Source: Patescibacteria group bacterium (lineage in GTDB: Bacteria > Patescibacteriota > Patescibacteriia > JAXHNJ01). Taken from it: a DNA stretch of 64,000 bases. The position numbers and the translations under genes are program-made. Shown piece after piece: positions 37,974 through 47,400 of the stretch. The notes beneath the pieces were generated by a model. It was given only the letters and a program-made list of their open reading frames with translations. It was not told the DNA's origin and did not search any database. The stretch is taken from contig JAXHNJ010000001.1 in assembly GCA_034520665.1 (NCBI GenBank), positions 2,579-66,578 on the forward strand, in the 5' to 3' direction. How positions within the stretch are numbered: the first letter of the stretch is position 1; every line of letters starts with the position of its first letter.

Positions 37974-40900
37974 ATGCCCAAAATAATTCGTGAAAAACCA
38001 GTCTTTTTCTTAGTCCCGGCTTTCATCTTGATTCTCGGGGCTGTCTTTTTATTTACTCATGTTAGCCGTTCAGCCTCAGAATTTGAAAAAGAAGCCGGAC
38101 CGCCGGGGTATGATGATATTAATATTATGGATATAGCGGCCCATTTTAATCCGCATACCAGCCGTTACTACGCCTGGACCGTGGGTTATAAGCACTCACC
38201 TTATATTGAAGCGCAAATTTTTACTTATAATGGAGCTACTTATTCCTGGCAGGCTCAAAATTTAAAACCTTGCGGAAAGCTAAAAGCAGTGGATTTGTTT
38301 TATGATACAGATTATAACCACCAAGATGACAGTCAGGGCCGTAATGGCTACCGAGCCTGGGCTGTCGGAGAATATGGTTATATATTAAAGTATACTGACT
38401 GGGAAAGAGGGGATCCGAATGATGATTCAGATAATTATGAAGGCTGGGGCTATTTATGTGATACTAGTAAAAATGATTGCAATTCAGACGGGACAATTGG
38501 AGAAGGTTTTGATGGTTCTCAAAATATTTCTGAACTTGTGGGCAGTAATTTGACAGATGTTGATTTTATTAATAAAGATACGGGCTGGATAGTAGCCAGT
38601 GACGGTAAAATTTTTAAAACTACCAATGGCGGGTTAGAGTGGGAGGAGAAAGCTGATTATGACTGGAATATAAACGCTATTAGTATGCTGCCAGACGGCA
38701 GTGCGGGTCTTGTAGTAGGTTATGACTATATTAACAATCGTGGCTATTATGCTTTATATGACGGCAATAATTGGACACCAGACGATATTGGCAGTGATAT
38801 TCTCACGGATGTAGAATTTGTTGATTCAAATCACGCCTGGATAGCTATTAATGCCAATCAATATTATTATTATCATAATTTAAGTTTTAGCCCGCTGAAT
38901 ACCGGATTAGGATTAACCAGTCCGCCAATTATGAACTCAGTCACGGCTACTCTTGACGGAGACGGCCAGTATAACGTTTGGTTTGCCGGCGAGGACGGAA
39001 AAATAATTTTTTCCAAAGATAATACTAACTGGTATTTTCAAACTACTGAAGTGCCGACCACTCTTCATTCCATTGACGCGGTTAACCCGACTCATGTCTG
39101 GTCAGTCGGTAACGATAGCTTAATCATGAAAATATCACCGGGCAACGCGGCTGGCTGGGGCTGGGTCGGGGCTGATAATTGTGAAAGCGATGATACTTGC
39201 GACACGCCTAATCCGGCTGACACTTCAAGACAATACCCGGCCCAGTGGATTAGTTTTAATTGCGCTAACCAACAGGTTTGTGATGAAACCACTTTTTCCT
39301 ATGGAGTAAATATTAAAACCAAGGTTGATGATTGGGGAGATTGCACCGATACCAGGCAAGATAAGGACGTCGGAGCTTTGTCAGGCTATGCCTGGTTTGG
39401 CAAGTATGATCCTTATGAAAGGCTGGAAGATGTAAAATGTGATTATGAACCAGGAGATGGCAATACTTATTGCTCAAACAATCATCTAGTTATATGTAAT
39501 GGTGATATAACTCGATGTGATTGCGGTAATAACAAACAAAGCTGTTATTCATCAGGCTGGCTTTCTTTTGATCGGGATGACACTGGTGATCCGCCGGCTG
39601 AGCCTTACCAAAATCTGCCAGTAACTACTCCTTTTAACGATGATACCGCTTGTACTAATAAAATAATTGATGACGGCGACCCGGAAGATTATGTTTTAGC
39701 CACTTTTGATTATGAGACCTATGGACTAGACGGCTGGGCTCGGTTTAAACTGGGTCAGTGTAGCAATGATATTAGTCAGTCTTGTTTTAAAGACAGTGAG
39801 TGTGGCAGCGGCAATACTTGTGATTATAATGGCCAGGGCCGATGTCAAGATGATTGGAGCATTTTATGTATTAATAATAGCGATTGTCCAGCTAGCGATT
39901 GTCAGTACCCCCAGGGCTGGGTCAAATTTCGGGGTGTTGATAAAACTGGAGAGGCTAATAATTATACCCCCTGCCAGGCTTGTCTAACCCATGACCCGAA
40001 TAACGATGATGAAGATTTATCTGATGATGATGGAGATGAATATATGACTTGTAAAATATGTGAGGGAGTAAAAGATTCAGATACTAGTTATATGTGTAAT
40101 CAGTGTGGCCAGTCAGTGGATAAAGGTCCTTGTGATACTGGAACTTGGTTTTGTGAAGGAGATGGTTCAATAACTTGTACTACAGATGCTGATTGTATTA
40201 CTTATCCCATGCAATGTGGCAATGGACTTTGTTCTGGGGATACAAGTAAAGCTTGTTTGGTTGATAGTAATTATAATCACTGTGGTAGTGACGGAGTTTG
40301 TGTTGGTAATGGCTATTGTTCAGAAGGTAATGATGTGGGCCAACCCTGTCTTTATAACAGTGATTGTGAAGGTACCTCTACTTGTGAAAATGTAGTAAAA
40401 GGTACTTGTTCAAATGATGATACAAAAAAGTGTATTATCGATGGCGGTTGTGAAAATGGGGGGGTTTGTGAAAATTATTTACCCAGCCTCCAAAATTTTT
40501 GTTTTGAATGTAATAGCTGTAATTTATACGGAGTGTCTGTTGATATAGACGCGGGGGACTGGTATGGTCATGCTTATTCGGAAGATTTTGGCTGGATAGA
40601 TATGTCTAAAGTGGGTCAATACAATACGGCCTGGGTCAGAGCCGAATACGGTGATATATACTCCAGCGGTAATGTCGGCACGCCCCAAACGGCCAGAGCG
40701 CCGGGCTGGACCACAGCTGACCGAGACTGTAATGCCACCTATCTTATTTTAGCTGGTGGTAGTGTAACTAATTTTTGTTCAGAAGCAGATTTTAATAAAA
40801 AATATTCTATTTCAAATCCAGGCAATCCTTCTGATGCCAATCCTTATGTAGTAGAAGGGTATCGGGCTTTTAATAAACCAGAAGAAACCAGTCCGCATAG

Positions 40901-41522
40901 TCTTTTAGGTACTATAAAAGTGGATAAATTAATTGAAAAAAAAGATGTAGAATTACAACGTAATGGTATCGAGGACCCATTATCCAGAGTCTCATCTAAT
41001 CAATTATTTGATGAAACTAATAGCGGAGATTTAGGCGGAAAAATCTATTATGTTAATGATAATTTATGGTTTTATGATTTACCATATTGGCAAACTTATT
41101 TATATAATGGAGAAAGTAACAGTTCTGGTTTAATTATTGTAGAAGGAGATTTATTTATTGATTCTGATATTTATTATGATGATAGTGACGTTGATAAAAT
41201 TAATAAATTACCTTCAGTTGGCTTTTATGTTAAAGGCAATATTCATATTGGCAAAGAGGTGGAAAATATTGTCGGTGCTTATTATACTGAAGGCAATGTC
41301 TATGTAAGCTCTACTGGGAGTGCTAATACAGACAAGAAATTAACAGTTAAAGGCTTAATGATCGCCAGTGGCTATAGTTTTAAGAGAAGATTCAAAGGCA
41401 CTATGAATAATCCCCAGCCGGCTGAAGTGATCAGTTATGACGGCCGAATTCAGCTTAACCCGCCGCCGGGCTTTCGTGATTTAGTCCAGTCTTTGCCCAA
41501 AATGAGGCCAGCTACCCCTTAA
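37974..41522 (+). CDS. Giant Cys-rich surface protein (1182 aa) with the same TM-then-AGPPG N-terminal arrangement
   Basis: N-terminal TM, then EKEAGPPG. Long Cys/Asp/Gly-rich central region. Putative adhesin or host-interaction protein. Confidence 0.55.
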   Translation: MPKIIREKPVFFLVPAFILILGAVFLFTHVSRSASEFEKEAGPPGYDDINIMDIAAHFNPHTSRYYAWTVGYKHSPYIEAQIFTYNGATYSWQAQNLKPCGKLKAVDLFYDTDYNHQDDSQGRNGYRAWAVGEYGYILKYTDWERGDPNDDSDNYEGWGYLCDTSKNDCNSDGTIGEGFDGSQNISELVGSNLTDVDFINKDTGWIVASDGKIFKTTNGGLEWEEKADYDWNINAISMLPDGSAGLVVGYDYINNRGYYALYDGNNWTPDDIGSDILTDVEFVDSNHAWIAINANQYYYYHNLSFSPLNTGLGLTSPPIMNSVTATLDGDGQYNVWFAGEDGKIIFSKDNTNWYFQTTEVPTTLHSIDAVNPTHVWSVGNDSLIMKISPGNAAGWGWVGADNCESDDTCDTPNPADTSRQYPAQWISFNCANQQVCDETTFSYGVNIKTKVDDWGDCTDTRQDKDVGALSGYAWFGKYDPYERLEDVKCDYEPGDGNTYCSNNHLVICNGDITRCDCGNNKQSCYSSGWLSFDRDDTGDPPAEPYQNLPVTTPFNDDTACTNKIIDDGDPEDYVLATFDYETYGLDGWARFKLGQCSNDISQSCFKDSECGSGNTCDYNGQGRCQDDWSILCINNSDCPASDCQYPQGWVKFRGVDKTGEANNYTPCQACLTHDPNNDDEDLSDDDGDEYMTCKICEGVKDSDTSYMCNQCGQSVDKGPCDTGTWFCEGDGSITCTTDADCITYPMQCGNGLCSGDTSKACLVDSNYNHCGSDGVCVGNGYCSEGNDVGQPCLYNSDCEGTSTCENVVKGTCSNDDTKKCIIDGGCENGGVCENYLPSLQNFCFECNSCNLYGVSVDIDAGDWYGHAYSEDFGWIDMSKVGQYNTAWVRAEYGDIYSSGNVGTPQTARAPGWTTADRDCNATYLILAGGSVTNFCSEADFNKKYSISNPGNPSDANPYVVEGYRAFNKPEETSPHSLLGTIKVDKLIEKKDVELQRNGIEDPLSRVSSNQLFDETNSGDLGGKIYYVNDNLWFYDLPYWQTYLYNGESNSSGLIIVEGDLFIDSDIYYDDSDVDKINKLPSVGFYVKGNIHIGKEVENIVGAYYTEGNVYVSSTGSANTDKKLTVKGLMIASGYSFKRRFKGTMNNPQPAEVISYDGRIQLNPPPGFRDLVQSLPKMRPATP

Positions 41523-41598
41523 TAAAAAACTTTTCTAATTATAAAAAATCTGTTATAATATAAAGGTAATTTAAAGAAATTAAGAATAAAACATCAAT

Positions 41599-42699
41599 AT
41601 GGGTCTTTTTTCCCGAAAAAAAAATTATTTAGGCGTTGATTTAGGCACTTCTTCAGTTAAAGTAGTGGAATTGGGCTTTGAATCAGGGGCCCCTAAATTA
41701 GTTACTTATGGTTTTATTGAAGAATCAACAAAAATTGTTAAAAGTGACTCTTCTGAGCAAAAAAAGAAAATTTCCTTATTAATAAAAAATTTACTGAAAA
41801 AAACCGGGGCCACCACTGATCAGGTTGTAGCGGCTTTGCCTAGTTTTAGCGTTTTTAGCTCTATTATATCTTTACCAGCTATGTCGGAAAAAGACCTTAA
41901 TTCGGCGGTACGCTGGGAAGCTAAAAAATTTGTACCCATGCCTTTGGAAGAGATGGTTTTAGACTGGCGTTTGGTTGAAGAAGAGAAAAAGAAAGAAAAG
42001 TCTAATGATGAAGATAAAAAAAAGAAAAAGGATAAAAAAATCAGTGATTATAAAATATTATTGACAGCCGCCCCTAAAAATTTAGCCAAAAAATACATTG
42101 ATATTTTTAAATCTTTAAATTTACAAATTGTCAGTTTAGAAACAGAATCTTTTGCTTTACAGAGATCCTTGATTGGTGATGATCCCTCGCCGGTTATGAT
42201 TGTGGATATAGGGGCTTTAGCCACTGACATTAGTGTAATAAAGAATGGCATTCCCATTTTAAATCGGGGTGTTGATGTCGGTGGCGATACTATCACTAAA
42301 TCAATTGCTAACGCTCTAAATATTGATTCTGAAAGAGCCGAGCAGTTTAAAAGAGATTTTGGTATTTCTAGTGGTCTAAGTCAAAATAATAATAGCCATC
42401 AAAATAAAATACCAAAGACTATAGAATTTGTTTTATCATCAGTGATCAATGAAATAAAACATGTTTTTAATCTTTATAAAAATATTGAAGATCTGCCGGT
42501 AGAGAAAATTGTACTTTCAGGCGGCTCGGCTTTTTTACCAAATTTTACCGAATATTTATCTAAATTATTTGATACCAAAGTAATTATTGGCAATCCCTGG
42601 TCTAGGGTGAGCTATCCTAAAGAATTAGAGCCGGCTTTAATGGAAATTGGTCCCCGTTTTTCAGTGGCCATAGGACTGGCTTTAAGAGAATTGATTTAA
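41599..42699 (+). CDS. pilM: Type IV pilus assembly protein PilM (actin-like ATPase fold)
   Basis: N-terminal GVDLGTSSVKVVEL motif. 366 aa. First gene of a pilMNO-like block. Confidence 0.8.
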   Translation: MGLFSRKKNYLGVDLGTSSVKVVELGFESGAPKLVTYGFIEESTKIVKSDSSEQKKKISLLIKNLLKKTGATTDQVVAALPSFSVFSSIISLPAMSEKDLNSAVRWEAKKFVPMPLEEMVLDWRLVEEEKKKEKSNDEDKKKKKDKKISDYKILLTAAPKNLAKKYIDIFKSLNLQIVSLETESFALQRSLIGDDPSPVMIVDIGALATDISVIKNGIPILNRGVDVGGDTITKSIANALNIDSERAEQFKRDFGISSGLSQNNNSHQNKIPKTIEFVLSSVINEIKHVFNLYKNIEDLPVEKIVLSGGSAFLPNFTEYLSKLFDTKVIIGNPWSRVSYPKELEPALMEIGPRFSVAIGLALRELI

Positions 42700-42707
42700 C
42701 AAAAAAA

Positions 42708-44219
42708 ATGCCTGATATAAATCTATTGAAAGACACTACCAGTGTAGAAAAGGATAATAAAAAATCCAAATCTTCGGATACTTCAGAAAAATCTGAAGTC
42801 AGTATGAAAAGGCCGAAAACTGATAAGCCAGGATTTTTTAAAAGAATTTTTTCTAAGAAGAATAAGCCAGATAAACAAATAAAAAAATATAATAAAGATT
42901 CAAGTTTTAAAAAGAATAAAAAATCAGAAAAGAAAGAAAAAAAGAAAGAAGAGAATAAATTAAAAGAAGCTTTTACTAGTAAGCCTGATAAAAAAGAAAA
43001 AGAAAAGCCTAAAAAAATTGAATATAAAAAAGCTGAGGAGCCAAAAGAAAAAAGCGCTGGTGGTTTTAGTAGTGTTTTTTCGGAAAAAAAAGCAGAAAAA
43101 AATGATATTAATAAAAAAGATTCTTTTAAGAGTAAAGATTTTTCAGATAATGAGAAGGTAGAGGATATTTTTTCTTCTACTGAAGAAGAAAAAGAAACGA
43201 AAAAACCCAAGCCAAAATTAATGACTGATAAAAAAACCTTGTCTTCTCAAAAGAAAAAAGAAAAACAAAAAGTAAAAAAAGAAGAAAAGGAAAAAAAGGA
43301 AAAAGAGGAGGGCCATAAAGATTCTTTTTTGGTTAATCTTATGCCGGAGGAAATTGCCAGTCATGAGAAACCAAAAAAGAAATTAATAAACCTGGCTTTA
43401 ATAGCTCTAACAGCTCTCGTATTGGTTGGTTTAGTCTATGCCGGCTTAGTTTTTTATCAAACTAGAATTGTAACAGAAATCCAGGATGTTAAAGCACAAA
43501 GAATAGAATTAGATAGGAGAATTAGAGAGTTAAAAGATGATCAAGAGAAATCAATTGAGTTTAAGCAAAATTTACAAGCTGTTAAAAGTGTTTTAAACAC
43601 CCATGTTTATTGGTCTAAATTTTTTGAAAAACTGGAAAAATATACCATAAAAGATGTTTACTATACTGGGGCTTTTAATGCTTCTACCGAAGGGAGTTTG
43701 ACTCTTTCGGCCATAGCAGCTGATTATACTTCAGTAGCGGAACAGCTCCTGGTTTTTCAGAATGCCGAAGATTTTTTATCAAATGTCAGTATTACTGGAG
43801 CTAGTAAATCTTCTCCGGAAATTCAAAGTTCTAATTTGGGAGAAACTGTATCAAAGGTTAGTTTTTCAGTCACTTTAGAAATTCTACCCACAATATTTTA
43901 TAAAATGGAAGAAGAGGATACTCAAGAGTCTCAATCTGAAAACATTAATTTAAATACTAATACTAACACTAGTACTAATACCAACAATAATAACTATAAT
44001 ATTAGTATTATTGATTTAAACTCCAATATCAATTCAAATTCTAATTCCAATACTAATATTAATTATGGTTATGATAACTTAAATACTAATACCAACACAA
44101 ACTTAATTAATAACAATACAAATAATAATATAAATTCTAATTCTAATTCTAATAATTCTTCTTTGAATGTTAATTATAATAGTAGTAATACCAATAGTGA
44201 TATATTAAATATTGAGTAA
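42708..44219 (+). CDS. PilN-like type IV pilus assembly protein with long K/E-rich N-terminal and N/T-rich C-terminal low-complexity extensions
   Basis: Single TM (LINLALIALTALVLVGLVYAGLVFY) followed by a coiled-coil periplasmic domain typical of PilN. Located directly after pilM. Confidence 0.55.
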   Translation: MPDINLLKDTTSVEKDNKKSKSSDTSEKSEVSMKRPKTDKPGFFKRIFSKKNKPDKQIKKYNKDSSFKKNKKSEKKEKKKEENKLKEAFTSKPDKKEKEKPKKIEYKKAEEPKEKSAGGFSSVFSEKKAEKNDINKKDSFKSKDFSDNEKVEDIFSSTEEEKETKKPKPKLMTDKKTLSSQKKKEKQKVKKEEKEKKEKEEGHKDSFLVNLMPEEIASHEKPKKKLINLALIALTALVLVGLVYAGLVFYQTRIVTEIQDVKAQRIELDRRIRELKDDQEKSIEFKQNLQAVKSVLNTHVYWSKFFEKLEKYTIKDVYYTGAFNASTEGSLTLSAIAADYTSVAEQLLVFQNAEDFLSNVSITGASKSSPEIQSSNLGETVSKVSFSVTLEILPTIFYKMEEEDTQESQSENINLNTNTNTSTNTNNNNYNISIIDLNSNINSNSNSNTNINYGYDNLNTNTNTNLINNNTNNNINSNSNSNNSSLNVNYNSSNTNSDILNIE

Positions 44220-44222
44220 ATT

Positions 44223-44906
44223 ATGAAAATAAATTTTTCAAAAATTGTAAACCTGATGCGGAGTCTGTTTTTAAGGTATTTTAAAATATTAGCCATTGTT
44301 TTAGCTGTTTTGATTTTAGTTCTCGGATTTTTATTTATCGTTAAACCAAAATGGAATGAAGTTAAGGAAACAGGAATATTTGACCTTAATGCTGAAAAAG
44401 AAAAAAAGGAAGACAATGAACTGTATTTATCTAGATTGAAAGAATCTTTGGATAAATTTAAAGAGATAAATCAGAAAGATATTGATTCTTTAAGTCAGAT
44501 AATACCAAGTAAAAAAGAAATTCCCGAGCTTTTTATAATTTTAGAGGATTTAGTGAGTCATTCAGCTTTGAGTCTGGATTCTATAACTTTTTCTGAAGGC
44601 AGTGTCTTGAGTCAAGAAAATGATTCTTTAAGTGATAACCTTGATGAATTACCGGCGGCGCAAGCCAAGGTTATTAAAAATACCTCAGTGAGTAAAAATA
44701 TTAATATACTTAATATTTCTTTGAGTATCAGCGGTGGACGTAATTATAATGATTTAAAGACTCTTCTTAATGATATTGAAGAAGAACAGAGAATAATGGA
44801 TATTTCAAGTTTAAGTTTTAATCCGCAAAGTCAGAGTAGTATTGATGCCGGCATGAATTTTGGTTTGAATTTAAAAACTTATTATATAGAGAGAGATAAT
44901 GATTAA
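44223..44906 (+). CDS. PilO-like type IV pilus assembly protein
   Basis: N-terminal TM plus coiled coil. Positioned after the PilN-like gene. Confidence 0.5.
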   Translation: MKINFSKIVNLMRSLFLRYFKILAIVLAVLILVLGFLFIVKPKWNEVKETGIFDLNAEKEKKEDNELYLSRLKESLDKFKEINQKDIDSLSQIIPSKKEIPELFIILEDLVSHSALSLDSITFSEGSVLSQENDSLSDNLDELPAAQAKVIKNTSVSKNINILNISLSISGGRNYNDLKTLLNDIEEEQRIMDISSLSFNPQSQSSIDAGMNFGLNLKTYYIERDND

Positions 44907-44912
44907 AATAAT

Positions 44913-45203
44913 ATGGTCTTAGTAAGAAAAAGAAATTATAAAAAAATAGCTGTCTACAGCGTTATTTTAGTTATTGTAATAATTTTAGGCGGTTATATGG
45001 TTTATAATTCCATGAGTGAAAATGGCGGTAGTAAAGTAATAGATGTTAGTTCAGAGCATAATCGGCCTATTATTAGTGATTATGAAAAAGATTTTCTTGA
45101 AAAAGAAGATTATAAAAATTTAATTGAATTTGGTAAAAATAAGTTACCATTGGATTTAGAAAACATTAGGACAAAGCGTAATAATCCTTTTAATCCTATT
45201 TAG
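44913..45203 (+). CDS. Small membrane protein (possible PilP-like accessory)
   Basis: N-terminal TM. 96 aa. Lies between the pilO-like gene and pilB. Confidence 0.35.
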   Translation: MVLVRKRNYKKIAVYSVILVIVIILGGYMVYNSMSENGGSKVIDVSSEHNRPIISDYEKDFLEKEDYKNLIEFGKNKLPLDLENIRTKRNNPFNPI

Positions 45204-45206
45204 ATT

Positions 45207-46982
45207 ATGGCTTTAAAAAAAGATGTAAAAAATAAAGGGATAGAAGGAGATAACGAGCTCCTTGATATTTTATTAAAAGAGAAAAAAATAAAGCGTACAC
45301 AGTACGAGGAAATTAAAAAAGAAGCTAAAGAAAAAAACACCACGCCTGAGAAACTGTTAGAAGATAAAAAAATTGTCAGGGAAGATGATTTATCAAAAGC
45401 AAAATCAAAGGTTTACAATCTGCCTTATATAGATCTTTTCGGTCGGATGGTTCGAGCCGATGTTTTAAATATTATACCGCAAGAACTGGCTCAAAATTAC
45501 AAAGTAGTAGCCTTTAATAAATCAGGTCAGGAAGTTAGTTTAGCTATGACGGATCCTTCCAATTATAAAGCCCTCCAAGCTATTGAATTTTTGGCTCGTA
45601 AAAATAATTTTAAAATAAAATATTATTTAACTTCTATTTCTTCTTTGAAATACGTACTTCGCCAGTATGAAAGCTTATCAACTGAAGTAGAGGAAGCTTT
45701 AAAAGGAGCCGAAGCTGAAAGTAGACCTAAAGAAGAAATATCCTTAGCCGAAGGCCGTGAAGATTTAGAAGAAGTGGTGAAAACAGCGCCAGTTTCAAAA
45801 ATGGTTTCGGTTATTATGCGTCATGCGGTTGAAGGTAAGGCCTCTGATGTACACATTGAACCGGTGGGTAATGAGACGAGAGTACGTTACCGTATTGATG
45901 GTGTTTTACATACTTCTCTAGTATTGCCAAAACGAGTACACTCTTCTTTAATTGCTCGTATTAAAGTGGTTTCAAATTTAAAGATTGATGAAACTCGCGT
46001 ACCCCAGGATGGGCGTTTTAGAATGACTATAGAAGAGCGTAATATAGATTACCGTGTTTCTACCTTACCTTTAATAGACGCGGAAAAAGTAGTGATGCGT
46101 ATTTTGGATACGGCTTCAGCTACTTTAGACTTAGAGGATTTGGGATTTTGGGGTCAGTCTTTAGATATTATGAAAAAGAATATTGATAAATCTCACGGTA
46201 TGTTCCTTATTACCGGTCCTACTGGTAGCGGTAAATCAACCACTTTATACGCTTTATTAAGTATTTTAAATGAAGAATCTGTTAATATTATTACCCTGGA
46301 AGATCCGGTTGAGTATTATATGCAGGGTATTAACCAATCTCAAATTAATACTGAGGTGGGCCTGACTTTTGCGGCGGGTTTAAGATCTATTTTACGGCAA
46401 GACCCTGATATTATTATGGTTGGTGAGGTGCGTGATACGGAAACAGCTGAGTTAGCGGTGCATGCGGCTTTAACTGGTCATATTGTACTTTCTACTTTGC
46501 ATACTAATGATGCTATTGGAGCTATACCCAGATTAATTGATATGAAAATAGAACCTTTTTTGCTTACTTCTTCGGTTAATCTGGTTATGGCCCAGCGTCT
46601 GGTCAGAAAGATTTGTCCGCATTGCAAAGAAGAATTTAAGTTGCCAGAAATTTTGGAAAAGCAGGCTTGGGAAGAGCTGGAAAAAATTGATAAAGAACAT
46701 TTACCGGATAATATTAAGTTAACTAAACCCTTAAAAATGTACCGCGGTAAAGGCTGTGCTCGCTGTGATAATACTGGCTACAAAGGCCGGATTGCTATTT
46801 GTGAAGTAATGGAAATTAACGCTAAAATGAAAGAAGTAATTCTGAGCAGTGGAGATATACAAGAAAAAACTTTAGAAGAATTTTTAAACCAGGGTAATTT
46901 TCTTATGAGACAGGACGGCATTATTAAGGCCTTACACGGAAAAACTACTATTGAAGAGGTTTGGGATGCTACGCGCGCTTAA
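45207..46982 (+). CDS. pilB: Type IV pilus assembly ATPase PilB (GspE family)
   Basis: N-terminal GSPII_E-N domain, Walker A GPTGSGKSTTLYA, Asp/His boxes, tetracysteine CPHC...CARC. Confidence 0.9.
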   Translation: MALKKDVKNKGIEGDNELLDILLKEKKIKRTQYEEIKKEAKEKNTTPEKLLEDKKIVREDDLSKAKSKVYNLPYIDLFGRMVRADVLNIIPQELAQNYKVVAFNKSGQEVSLAMTDPSNYKALQAIEFLARKNNFKIKYYLTSISSLKYVLRQYESLSTEVEEALKGAEAESRPKEEISLAEGREDLEEVVKTAPVSKMVSVIMRHAVEGKASDVHIEPVGNETRVRYRIDGVLHTSLVLPKRVHSSLIARIKVVSNLKIDETRVPQDGRFRMTIEERNIDYRVSTLPLIDAEKVVMRILDTASATLDLEDLGFWGQSLDIMKKNIDKSHGMFLITGPTGSGKSTTLYALLSILNEESVNIITLEDPVEYYMQGINQSQINTEVGLTFAAGLRSILRQDPDIIMVGEVRDTETAELAVHAALTGHIVLSTLHTNDAIGAIPRLIDMKIEPFLLTSSVNLVMAQRLVRKICPHCKEEFKLPEILEKQAWEELEKIDKEHLPDNIKLTKPLKMYRGKGCARCDNTGYKGRIAICEVMEINAKMKEVILSSGDIQEKTLEEFLNQGNFLMRQDGIIKALHGKTTIEEVWDATRA

Positions 46983-47003
46983 ATACTATTAATTTATAAA
47001 TAT

Positions 47004-47399
47004 ATGACTAAAAAAGATAAGGCAAAAAAGCAAAAAATATTATTAGTGGAAGATGATACTTTTCTTTCTGGGATGTATGTTTCCAAACTTGATATAGAGG
47101 GTTTTGAGACGGTTCTGGCCTCAGAAGGTAAGCAAGGTTTGAAAATGGTAAAACAAGAAAATCCAGATCTTATTTTATTGGATATAATTTTGCCAAAAAT
47201 GGACGGTTTTGAAATTTTAAAAGAAATAAGAAAAGATAAAAAAACTAAAGATATTCCGGTTATTCTTTTAACTAATTTAGGTCAAAAAAAAGACGTAGAC
47301 AAGGCTTTTAATCTGGGAGCGGTTGATTACTTAATCAAAGCCCATTTTATGCCTTCAGAGGTAGTGGAAAAAATTAAAAAAACTTTAAGGAAAGAATAA
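47004..47399 (+). CDS. Stand-alone response-regulator receiver domain (CheY/PilH-like)
   Basis: ILLVEDD...LLDIILPKMDGF...LTNLGQ receiver motifs. 131 aa. Confidence 0.8.
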   Translation: MTKKDKAKKQKILLVEDDTFLSGMYVSKLDIEGFETVLASEGKQGLKMVKQENPDLILLDIILPKMDGFEILKEIRKDKKTKDIPVILLTNLGQKKDVDKAFNLGAVDYLIKAHFMPSEVVEKIKKTLRKE

Positions 47400-47400
47400 T

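Noticed and set aside
42617-43210. 197-aa minus-strand ORF opposite the PilN-like gene
   Set aside because: It is the reverse frame of a K/E-rich low-complexity region (poly-F/S/L translation). It is not a gene.
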